From Cyanophora paradoxa CCMP329 (lineage: Eukaryota > Plantae > Glaucophyta): a DNA stretch of 64,000 nucleotides. The notes beneath the pieces are model-generated. The model searched no databases. It was not told where the DNA came from and saw nothing but the letters and a program-made list of their open reading frames with translations. Shown piece by piece: positions 23,381 through 33,738 of the stretch. The translations under genes were made by a program, and so were the position numbers. The stretch's first letter is position 1. Each line of letters starts with the position of its first letter. The stretch covers positions 186,001-250,000 of the forward strand of contig QPMI01000056.1 of NCBI GenBank assembly GCA_004431415.1, read 5' to 3'.

Positions 23381-24810
23381 CGCGTGCGCCTCGCGCTGCG
23401 GGACGGCCCGCGAGCGTGCGCGCTGTGGGCCCCGTACTCGGAGTTCGGAGGCCGCGCGCGACCCTCGCTGCGGCCCGCCCGTCCCGACGGAGCCCGGCCG
23501 CGCCGGCGGCCGGCGAACTTCGACCAGGAGCACGGTTCTCGCGAGCACCTCGCTGTGAGACGGGCCCGCGGGCGCGTCGCGCTGTGGCCCCCGTGCTAGG
23601 AGTTCCGGGGCCGCGTGCATTCCGCTGTGGCCCCGGGCCGCGACCGCGGCACCGGCCGCTCCCGCGGCCGGCTACTCCCAACCTGGCCTTCAACCCCGCG
23701 TGCGCCTCGCGCTGCGGGACGGCCCGCGGGCGCCTCGCGCTGCGGGCCCTCTACTCGGAGTTCAGAGGCCGGAGGCCGCGCGCGACCTTCGCTGCGGCCC
23801 ACCCCGTCCCCAACGGAGTCCGGCCGCGCCCGCGGCCGGCGAACTTCGACCAGGAGCACGGGTCTCGCGAGCACTTCGCTGTGAGACTGCCCGCGAGCGC
23901 CCAGCGCTGTGGGTCCGTGCACGGAGTTCCGGGGCCGCGTGCGTCCCGCTGTGACCCCGGCTGCGACCGCGGCGCCGGCCGCCCCTGCGGCCGGCAACTC
24001 CCAACCCGGCCTTCACCCCGCGTGCGCCTCGCGCTGCGGGACGGCCCGCGGGCGCCTCGCGCTGCGGGACGGCCGCGGGCGCCTCGCGCTGCGGGCCCTC
24101 TTCTCGGAGTTCGGAGCCGCGCGCGACCCTCGCTGCGGCCCACACCGTCCCCGACGGAGCCCGGCCGCACCTGCGACCGGCGAACTTCGACCAGGCGCAC
24201 GGGTCTCGCGAGCGCATCGCTGCGAGACCACCCGCGAGCGCCCGGCGCTGTGGGCCCAGTGCAAGGAGTTCCAGGGCCGCGCGCGTCTCGCTGTGGCCCC
24301 GGGCTGCGACCGCGGCGCCGGCCCTCCCCCTCGACCGGCAACTCCCCCCTGGCGTACAACCCCCGCGTGCGCCTCGCGCTGCGGGACGGCCCGCGGGCGC
24401 CTCGCGCTGCGGGCCCTCTACTCGGAGTTCGGAGGCCGCGCGCGACCCTCGCTGCGGCCCGCCCCGTCCCCGACGGAGCCCGGCCGCGCCGGCGGCCGGC
24501 GAACTTCGACCAGGAGCACGAGTCTCGCGAGCGCCTCGCTGTGAGACCGCCCGCGAGCGCTCGGCGCTGTGGGCTCCGTGCAAGGAGTTCCGGGGGCCGC
24601 GTGCGTCTCGCTGTGACCCCGGGCTGCTGCGGCGGCACCGGCCCCGCCCTCGGCCGGCAACTCTTACCCTGGACTCTCAACCCCGCGTGCGCCTCGCGCT
24701 GCGGGACGGCCCGCGGGCGCCTCGCGCGGCGGACTCTCTACTCGGATTGCGGACGCCGCGCGCGGCCCTCGCTGCGGCCCGCCCCCGTCCCCGACGGAGT
24801 CCGGCCCCGC
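23381..24810 (+). repeat. Tandem array of about 4.4 copies of an about 320 bp unit inside the retrotransposon
   Basis: Unit anchor cgcgtgcgcctcgcgctgcgggacggcccgcg at 23381, 23697, 24019, 24364, 24684. Confidence 0.9.
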
Positions 24811-24849
24811 CAGCCAGCGCTGACGCCCCGCCCCGCGGCTGCGCCGCGG

Positions 24850-25900
24850 CAGCGCCGCCGCCACCGAACCCCACTAGACCTCGCTCGGGGCCTCCTCCCG
24901 CCACCTCGCTGCGTCGCTTACGACGATCCGCAGGCCAGAACCTGCTGGCGGCCGAGTTGCTCGACAAGTCCCCCCTTTCACGAAGGCGGGATGGGGGCCT
25001 GGGTCTACTGGCGCGACCTGCCGCGGCGCTCCCGCTTCCTCGCGTGCAGCAAGTTTCTCCGCCTCACCGGCTACTTCCCGCCGTTCCCTTCGCGGCTCTC
25101 AGACAGTCCCGCGCCTCGCGGTACGCCGCGCCGGGCACACCCTCGCAGGCGGCTCTCATTCCGCGCCAGTTCTCCGACGACCCCGAGTTCGACGCCTCGC
25201 ACGCTTTTCTTGCCGTGCTCGTGCCGGTCTACGTGATCCGCGTCACCGGCCAGTCGCGCGGGTCGATCTGCGTCGCGATCCACTCCAAGGACGACTACTC
25301 GGGCCTCGAAGCCACTGGCGTCAACCTCGCCGACCTGGGCATCACCCAGGAGGAGTGGGGCACACTCCACTCCCGCCTCGGCGACGTCCCCACGGTCCTT
25401 CACGCCCTCCGGGCCTTCGGTCCCACCGGCGCGCGCCAGCTCGAGCTCTTCGAGTTCCACACGCTGGCCTACCCGCTCGGCGTTCCGCTCGTCTTCCCGG
25501 CCGCGAGTTTTGACGACGACGCGGCCTGGCGGTACGCCGGCGCGGCGCGTTTTCTTCCTCTTCTCCCGCCGGCTCACCACGGACACACAGCGTCACGCAC
25601 GAACTCCTGCCGTGGGAATTCGCGGCCGGCCTCGCGGGCGCCGGCATGATCCACGCCTGGCTTCACGACTCGGTACGGCCGCGGTCGCTCTCCCGCCGAA
25701 CCGACCTCACGGCCTTGCAGGAGAAACAGAAGTTCTCCAAGACGTTTGGAACCGGCCTGCAGCCCTGGTTCCGCGACTTCGTGCGGGCCTTCACCGGGCA
25801 AGAACAGGGCGCAGGAAGGGCCGTAGCCCCCCCGGGCACGCACAACAAACCAGCGCTAGCCACGCCGATATCAATGCCAGCCACATAAGTCTAGGCCGAG
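24850..25900 (+). CDS. Extra retrotransposon ORF of unknown function, frameshifted
   Basis: Globular-looking peptides across frames: GMGAWVYWRDLP...LTGYFP; HAFLAVLVPVYVIRVTG...ICVAIHSKDDY; MIHAWLHDSV...LQPWFRDFVRAF. Start approximate. Confidence 0.5.
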
Positions 25901-25959
25901 GTACTGTACTGCACCGTCAATGTTTCAGAGTCACTTGCGCACACTGACGCGCGCACCAG

Positions 25960-28306
25960 CCTCCCCGGGCAGGAAGGGCCGTAGCCTCTACGCTCGGCCC
26001 GCCCGCGGGTCAACTCGGCTGCGCAAACCAGCGGCCGACGTCATCAACGTCGACGCCGGCGCCGACGCCCCGGCTCCCGCCGAGCCGGACGCCCCCGCCT
26101 CGGGCTCCGCCCCCGGCGCCTCCAGCTCGTCCGCCCCGCCACCGGCGCCGGCGAAGCGCTCGCTTCCTCCGACGGGACGGAAGCGCGTACCGCCCCCGCT
26201 GAAGGCGGCGGACGCCGCGACCGGCGACGAAGGCTCGGCCCGCCTCCGGCGGAGAAGCCGAAGAAGAAGACGAAGGCGCCGGCACAGCCGCGCCGCACGG
26301 CTCCGCCAAGCCCGCCTCCTCCGCCGAGGAGGAGGCGCCTGAGGAGCCGGCCCCGCGCCCGGCCAAGCCGGCGAAGCGCAAGCGCCGCCCGGTCGTCCCG
26401 GAAGACGACTTCTCCGACGACGACTGGGGCCCGCCCCAGCGGCGCCGCGCGGCCTCACCCCGCCACCCGCTTCGGGCGACGAGGGCGAGGAGTCCGAAGA
26501 CGACTCGGACCCCGACCCGGAGCCCAAGGTCGTGGCGGCCGCCCCGAAGCGGCGCTCCGCCACCAAGGAGATCGTGCGGCTCCCACCGCCCCTCACGGGT
26601 TCGCCCCGTACCCCGCCTCGCCGCGCGCCTCTCACGCTGCGGCAGAGTCCGAGCGCCTGGCCGCCATCCAGCGCTCCCGCGAGGAGGCCCAGGCCGCCGC
26701 CGGCGCGAAACCGCTCGCGGCGGCCGCCCGCCATCTGCTGGCCGTCCTCCCGCCCCCGTCGGCAACACCCGCGGCGCAGCCCGCCCCGCACTATGCGCCC
26801 CACGCCGCCACCCAGCCGGCCAGGCGCCGCCCAGCCACCGGCCGGGCCCCGTTCGTCCCACCGGCTGACCCCTGGGCCGCCACGCGCGCGGCGCTGCTGG
26901 CGGGCAACGGCCCGCCGGACCTCGTCTGGCTCGCCCAGCACGCCGCGGCCGCCGCATCGCCCGCGACGGGAACGTGGGCCCCACAGGCCGGCTTCCAGCT
27001 TGCCGCACCGACCCCCGCAATCGCCGCGGGGACAGCCCCCGCCCAGACCGGGCCCCCGGCCGGCGCCGCTGCAGCCGGGGACGCGCAGAACCAGCGCGAC
27101 CACCGCGAGTCGCGCCGCGATCGCGCCAAGGACCGGCCCGCCGGCAAGGACCGCCGCAAGTCCTCGCCGGCAACCAAGTCGGCCGGCAGCAAGCGCGCCC
27201 GCTCCGCCTCCCGCCCCCGAGCCGGAAGTCCGCCGCGTCCGGCGACCCGTCCGACGCGGACGACTCCAGCTCCGCCTCGTCGGGCGCCAGCCTCCCCGAG
27301 TCAGATTCCGACTCCTCCTCCGAGGCCTCCGCCGTTCCCTCGCGGAAGGAGGCGAAGCGGGCAAAGCCGTCGGCCGCGGAGCCGACTGGCCGCCTCCGGC
27401 CGACCTCGTTCGCCCCGCCAACCTCGTCGGCCTCCAGCTGCCCGCCGCGGAGACTGGCCTGCACACCGCGGCCACCGAGCTCGCCGAGCGCCTCCGCCAG
27501 ATCGAGCAGGGCTTCACCAACTACCTCATGCCCGGCGGCAACAACATCGCGGGCAGCGCCGCCGGCGCGGTCGATCGCCAAGTCGCGCCCATGATCGCGA
27601 ACTTCGGCCTCTTCTGCATCCGGGAGACGCTCGAGTTCTGCTGGGCCCTCGTGACGCAAGGGCTCGCCCAGGCCAACGTGCAGAACGCCATCGGCCTCGT
27701 CGCGCGCATCGGCGAGATCCGCGCCCGCATGCCGGGCGGCGCCTGTGGCCGCAACGGCGAGCTCCTCCGCGAGTGGGACGCCCTCACGCGGCCGCTGTAC
27801 CACCGCCTGCGGGAGGCCGTCCGCGCTCTCTCGGTCCTCCGGGCCTACATGCGGCCCTCCGCGGACCTCACTCGCTCTCTCAACCAGGCGGGCCAGGCGG
27901 TCGCGGCCTGGCCCGACTCGGCGAAGCTCCTGCGCAGCTCCTCCGGCCGCGGCACGTCGTCGTTCCTGCAGAACCCGCCCCTCGGCCCCCACGAGCTGCG
28001 CAAGTTTGACAAGCAGGCGACCGCCACCCTCGCGGTCGGCACGCCCGAGGCCATGACGGCCGCCTTCCTGGCCGCCGGAGGTTCCCTCCCGCCCGCCCTT
28101 CCGAGACCTTCCATCGACGCCTCGCGCGAGCAGGCTCGGAGCGCCGCGAGCGCCGCGAGCGCGGCGGCCGGAAGCACGGCCGCGGCGCCAAGCAGCTCCG
28201 CGCGCGCGCCGCCGACGACGAGGAGCCCAAGGACCGCGGGGACTCCGACGAGGACCGCCCCAAGAAGGGCAAGAAGCCCAAGGGCGGCAAGCGCGGCAAG
28301 GACTAG
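25960..28306 (+). CDS. gag-like ORF of the YR retrotransposon (frameshifted)
   Basis: Low-complexity charged N-terminal part, helical core (TELAERLRQIEQGFTNYLMP...LRKFDKQAT), basic tail PKKGKKPKGGKRGKD-stop at 28304-28306, positioned upstream of RT. Confidence 0.6.
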
Positions 28307-28409
28307 CACGCCCGCCCCTCCGTCCGCGGCTCCCCCGTCGATCCCCGCGTCGCCCCCAGCCGCTCCCGGGCCTGCGAGCCCGTTCCCCCGTCGTGTACCC
28401 GCGTGTACA

Positions 28410-30416
28410 ATGCCACCAGGCATTTCCACCCCCGATCCGTTCGAGCGCTTGCGCCGCCTGGTGGCGGCGCACGGGGACCCGGGCCGTACGATTTCGCGGG
28501 CGCCGCGGCACGTTTCCGAGCGGGGCAGCTCCAGGACCACGCGCACAACTGGCGCGCCTTCTTCCGCCGCGCCGGCACGCAGTTGCCGTCCTGGTGGGCA
28601 TCGTGATTAGCAAGGGGCTGCGCCTGCCGCTCCAGACCCTGAACGGCATGCCGGTCGCGTCCCCGCTGGACCTACCCGGATCCGTCCCGAAGGGCCGCGC
28701 CACTCGTGCTACCGCACGCCGGAGCACACCGCGTTCGTCGACCGCGAGGCCGCGAGCATGCTCGCCCTCGGCGTCACGCGCGTCGCGACCGAGGAGGACA
28801 TCCGCCTGATCCGGCACCGGGCCTCGCTCCTCGTGGTCGACAAGGCCGGCCCGGACAAATTCCGCCTATGCCTCGACGCGACGCCGGTGAACCCGTTCAT
28901 CGGCTGCCGACCTTCCGGTACCAGACGCTCGACGAGGTTGCGTCGTACCTCACGCCCGGCTGCTGGCTCGTGAAGTTCGACCTCAAAAGGGCTATTACCA
29001 CATCGCCCTCGAGCCGAGCACGCAGCGCCTGCTCTCTTTCGAGTGGCGAGGCGTCCTGTACGTCTACCAGGCGCTCTGCTTCGGCGTGAACATCGCGTGC
29101 TTCGCGTTCACGAAGTTCACGCGCGCGTTCGCGAAGTACTGGGCCGCCCTCGGGGTCAAGCTCTGCACGTACATCGACGACGGGCTGTTCATCTGCCCGT
29201 CCCGCGAAATCGCGGAGCTCGTGTCGATGCACCTGCGGGCGATCGCACCCGACCTCGGCATCACGTTCTCCGAGAAATCGGACTTCACGCCGACCCAGCT
29301 CACGGAGTACCTGGGCATCGTGATCGACGTGCGCCCCGAGTCCGGCGTTTTCGCGGTCACCGCGAAAAAGGTCGCAAAAACCCTCGCGCGCGTCGACGAG
29401 GCGCTCGACCAGCCTCCGTCTCGGCCCGCCGGCTCCAGAAGCTCGCCGGCTCCCTCATCGCCCTCCGCATGGCCTTCCCGCGGTCCGCCTCATGACCGGC
29501 CCCTGTTCGGCCTCATGTCGACCGCGGACGCGCTCGCCGACCCGTTCAACGAGTCGCTGGTCACGATCGAGGGCCCCGCGCGCGAGTGCCTCGAGTGGCT
29601 GCGCGCCGCCCTCCGCCGCGGCTCGCCCCGGAGCACCCGATCTGGACGCCGCGGTCCTTCTACCGGCTGTTCACCGACGCCCCGGCTACGGCTACGCCGC
29701 CTTCCTTGACAAGGCGGTGTCCTTCGACGCCGGCGCCACGCGCCAGCGCGAGGCGTGGTCCGTGTTCGGCACGTTCCCGGCGTCCCTGCGCGCCTCCGAC
29801 GGCCCATGAAGGCCGGCGACACGAGCAGCAACGAGCGCGAGCTCCGCGCCATCGTCGCCGCGGCGGACGACCTGTTCCCCTGCTCCCGCGGGCGCGCACG
29901 TCCTCATCCGCTGCGACAACCGCTCGGCGGTCGCCGCCGTGGCGCGCGGGGGCGGCTCCGCCCGCCTCTTCGACCTGAGCGTCCGCCTCTGGCACCGCTG
30001 CGCGGCCTCGGCGTGTCCATCACCGCCCGGCACCTGCCGGGCGAGGCCAACGTCTTCGCCGACCGCGGCTCGCGCGACGGCGCCCGCGCCCCGGCTCTGA
30101 ACCGCTCCCTCCTCGAGCGGTGCCGACGCCTCCTCGGTCAGCGCGCGGCCGCCACCACCACGTCGCCTTCGAGGACGACCTCTGGTTGGGCGACTTCCGC
30201 CCCGCGGAGCCGACCGTCCTGACGGTCGACTCTCGCCTCCGCCCGGCGCTGATCGCCTCGCTCCGCGATCGCCCGGCCTCGGCCCCCTCGGCCTCCTCCT
30301 CCCCGTCCAGCCCAGCACGACCTGGTCGGTCGCGCTGGGGGACCTTCGCGCCCGCGGCGCCTCCGTCGCCCCGCTCGCCGACCTTCCCCCCCATGTCTTC
30401 TTCTCCGGGAGCATAG
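28410..30416 (+). CDS. Reverse transcriptase + RNase H (DIRS-type), several frameshifts
   Basis: KFRLCLD, FRYQTL, VKFDLK..YYHI, YQALCFG, YIDD, EYLGIVID; RNase H LFTDA, SSNERELRAI, IRCDN, HLPGEANVFADRGSR. Confidence 0.92.
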
Positions 30417-30432
30417 GCCTGGGCTCGTCCCC

Positions 30433-31429
30433 GTGGCCGCTCGAGCTGACCTTCTGGTCGTAGAGCCGAACGTGGCGGCGGAAGAGCTCGCCGACTGGCA
30501 GGGGGCCGCTTTCGCGCCCCGCACCACGGCGGGGCAGCGGCGTGCGGCGCGCCGGTACTTCGCGTTCACCGCCCGCCACGACCTGGCGCCGGCGGCCGAG
30601 CGCTCCGTCCTCCTCTTTCTGGCCGATGCGACCGCCAGCCGCCGCCGCACGGCGGGGGCAGACCTCGCCCCGAGCACCATCGGCGGCCTGGCGGCCCACA
30701 TCTGGCGCGAGCTCAAGCTGCGGGGCTGGTGGACCCGCCCAGCCGCGCTCGTTCATGTACCAGACGGCCTGGCGCGGCATGAAGCGCCGCCTGGGCCGAC
30801 CCGTCCAGCAGCGCCGCGCGCTCCTGCCCGGCGACGTCCGGGCCTGGTTCGCCACCTCCTCCTTCGGCATCCGCGCCCCGGCGCAGCGACTCCGCGACGC
30901 CGCGCTGCTCGCCGTCGGCATCGCCGGGTTCCTGCGAGGCGCAGAGCTCGTCGCCCTTCGAATGGGCGACGTCACGTGCGAGACGGAACCGTCCCCTCGC
31001 ATCGCCCTGCACGTCCGGCGCTCGAAGACCGACCAGGAGGCACGCGGCGCCGTCGTCTACCTGACGCCCGCCCGCCACAGTCCGTCCTGCCCCGTGCGAC
31101 TGCTCGCGTCCCACCTGAGCGAGAACCGGGCCGACGCCCCGGCCACGGCCCCACTATTCCCGCGTCTCTCCGACCCGTCGACCGCGGTCACCGCCGGCTT
31201 CCTACGGCGCCTGGTGAAGGAGGTGGCCGGCGCGGTCGGCCACGACCCCGCGGACTTCTCCGGGCACAGCCTCCGCCGCGGCGGCGCCACGGCTGCGGCC
31301 CGCCGCGGCCTGCCGGCGACCTGGATCCGCCGTCACGGTCGTTGGGCCCTGTACTCCTCGGTTCCCCAGGGGTACATCGAGGATTACCTGTTCCTTCTCT
31401 CCTCCGACCTCGCCGACCTCGGCTTTTAG
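30433..31429 (+). CDS. Tyrosine recombinase (one frameshift near 30745)
   Basis: RDAALL..GFLRGAEL, RRSKTDQ, CPV, SGHSLRRGGAT, HGRW and Tyr (QGYIE): complete R-K-H-R-W-Y catalytic set. Confidence 0.95.
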
Positions 31430-31663
31430 CCCGGCGTTGTAGCGTGTAAAAATGCATTCACGGTTAGCCGTACTGGCAATCGAGAATGACACGCGAGGGC
31501 CCGCGCGGTGCGCGGGCGGGGAAGGATAGGGAGCGGGGGATGCTGAGCCGGAGGGGAAGGGGGGCTCTTAAAGGGCCCCGCTCTTTTCCCCCCCCGGCCG
31601 CTCCAGCGTTTTATGATTGGTGCAATGTATGCTATTCTGGCTGGCTGTGACCTGACTCTTGTT

Positions 31664-32218
31664 TGGTAGGGGGTACTGCATTCGTGCTGCGTTCGCTACG
31701 CTCACCCCCGCGGCCTCCGGCGGCGGTACCCGGCTTCGGATCCCCGAACCCGGAAGAAACCGCGTACCCCTCCCCGGGGTACGCTGTTCGCCCCAACCGG
31801 CCCCACAAGGCGCGGCCCGAGGCCGAACGCGTACCCCGGAGAGGGGTACGGCGTCAGAGCGGCCCCGATCAAGTGTACCCCGAGCGGGGTACCCCGATCG
31901 GCCCGCGACGGCCCGAGAGGAGTACCCCCGAGCGGGGTACACCGTCTCGACCCGCAACGGCCCTCCCCGGGTACAGGCGCCTAGCGCGCTTACCCGGAGA
32001 GTTCTTGTTCCGGAACTCGCAAGGGCGAGGCCGGAATGGCATACGGCGATCCGCCCTGGTCGATCGCCAACGTATTATGATACGTGGTTCCCGGGAAAGC
32101 AGCCTTGAGCTGCCGTACCTCAGGGCCCAACCTGATGCGCTATCCCGTGCATCTAGCTAAGTAGTGCCAGGCGTAAGATAGCTAGGTCTTCTGCATTCGA
32201 ATGAAGCGAGGCGTAAAT
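31664..32218 (+). repeat. Split direct repeat B1 (about 555 bp)
   Basis: Matches 33182-33738 apart from a few homopolymer indels; directly abuts A2. Confidence 0.95.
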
Positions 32219-32533
32219 CGGGATTTGCGCTCTCAATGCGTAAATCGAGTTTTGCGCCGACGGAATGCGAACAAAGAAGACCGTAGCCGAGCGCCAGGCA
32301 CGAAAGAGCTGAGCGACCCGCTAGCCGCGGAGCGGCGCGAGGCGAGCACGGGATAAGCAGCAGGCTGCAGCGAGCGTCCCGCAAGGGACTAGCTGAGCTA
32401 GCCGTTGGGCCGAGCCGGCGGGCTTGAAGCCGCCGAGCTCCGGGGGGTACGCTGATTCGGGGTTTCCCTTCACGCCCAGCTTCGCTCGCGGCCGCTCCAG
32501 GCCACGAAGCGACCAGCGGCGAAGCGAAATCGC
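32219..32533 (+). repeat. Split direct repeat A2
   Basis: Copy of 22456-22770. Confidence 0.95.
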
Positions 32534-33181
32534 TCCCGCCCACCTCCCCGCGATTTTTCCTTCCGGGGCGCCGAACCTCGCCACCAGCGAGCCCGGCGCC
32601 GCGAAAAGTTCGCGCAAAAGGCAATGTATACGGCGACCAGCGCCAGCGTTCGCCGAGGGTATTATAATACGTGGTTCCTTGTCGTCTCCTGTGCACACGG
32701 TTCCGGATGTTACTCCCGCTCGGTGCCGGCCACCAGCGCGGACGTGGTCGTGCACAGCTGATCCGTGGTAATTTACAATAGTCCCGTCGAAGATTCGGGC
32801 ACGAACCGCGCAGACTCGGTGTACCGGTCGTCATTCGTTTTCCACGCGCGTCCGCTGGACCCACTTGTGCCGGGCCGGGGTCCAGCGCGCCCCCAAGAAA
32901 CAGTCGCGCGGCTTCGTGGAGAATCTCGAGTTTTTCACCGCCGGGTTTTACCCTGTTTTTCCTCTGGACCCGCGGGTGCCGAGCCGGGGTCCAGCGCGCA
33001 TGACCGTTACGCGGTTTTTCCCGCGGTAACTTGATGGGTTTTCGAGTCTGCCGCCCCGGCGCGGGGGGAGACTTCGCGCATGTTTTGGAGTCCTGTTGGT
33101 TTTTGATGAACCTCGGTTGTCGTATGTTGTACGATCCCTTGGTCTCATGGTCGTCTGCGGACGACGGACACGCTACGCGCG

Positions 33182-33738
33182 TGGTAGGGGGTACTGCATT
33201 CGTGCTGCGTTCGCTACGCTCACCCCCGCGGCCTCCGGCGGCGGTACCCGGCTTCGGATCCCCGAACCCGGAAGAAACCGCGTACCCCTCCCCGGGGTAC
33301 GCTGTTCGCCCCAACCGGCCCCACAAGGCGCGGCCCGAGGCCGAACGCGTACCCGGAGAGGGGTACGGCGTCAGAGCGGCCCCGATCAAGTGTACCCCGA
33401 GCGGGGTACCCGATCGGCCCCGCGACGGCCCCGAGAGGAGTACCCCCGAGCGGGGTACACCGTCTCGACCCGCAACGGCCCTCCCCGGGGTACAGGCGCC
33501 TAGCGCGCTTACCCCGGAGAGTTCTTGTTCCGGAACTCGCAAGGGCGAGGCCGGAATGGCATACGGCGATCCGCCCTGGTCGATCGCCAACGTATTATGA
33601 TACGTGGTTCCCGGGAAAGCAGCCTTGAGCTGCCGTACCTCAGGGCCCAACCTGATGCGCTATCCCGTGCATCTAGCTAAGTAGTGCCAGGCGTAAGATA
33701 GCTAGGTCTTCTGCATTCGAATGAAGCGAGGCGTAAAT
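33182..33738 (+). repeat. Split direct repeat B2 (right terminus)
   Basis: Copy of 31664-32218; ends gcgtaaat at the host junction. Confidence 0.95.

Larger units (their letters stand above)
22456..33738 (+). mobile_element. Tyrosine-recombinase (DIRS order) retrotransposon with split direct repeats (PAT/Ngaro/TOC1-type architecture), 11,283 bp
   Basis: A1-internal-B1-A2-spacer-B2 structure; gag-like, RT (YIDD)-RNase H and YR ORFs; no TSD; junctions mapped to the base. Confidence 0.93.

Noticed and set aside
23381-25236. 606 aa ORF, or a CRISPR-like array
   Set aside because: The ORF reads through a stop-poor ~320 bp tandem repeat. There are no short repeats with unique spacers, no cas genes, and the context is eukaryotic.
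25988-28817. 935 aa and 510 aa minus-strand ORFs
   Set aside because: Antisense shadows of the GC-rich gag region; Arg/Gly/Ala-rich with no motifs.
30100-30430. DIRS1-type methyltransferase domain or inverted terminal repeats
   Set aside because: No DLFA/NPPF-type motifs seen after RNase H, and the termini are direct, not inverted.
28400-31429. Calling the YR element dead because of frameshifts
   Set aside because: Terminal repeats are near-identical and the B1/B2 differences are homopolymer indels, so many shifts may be sequencing errors; raw reads are needed.
32157-33650. 497 aa minus-strand ORF
   Set aside because: Spans the B2/spacer/A2 terminal repeats and has no recognisable domain.
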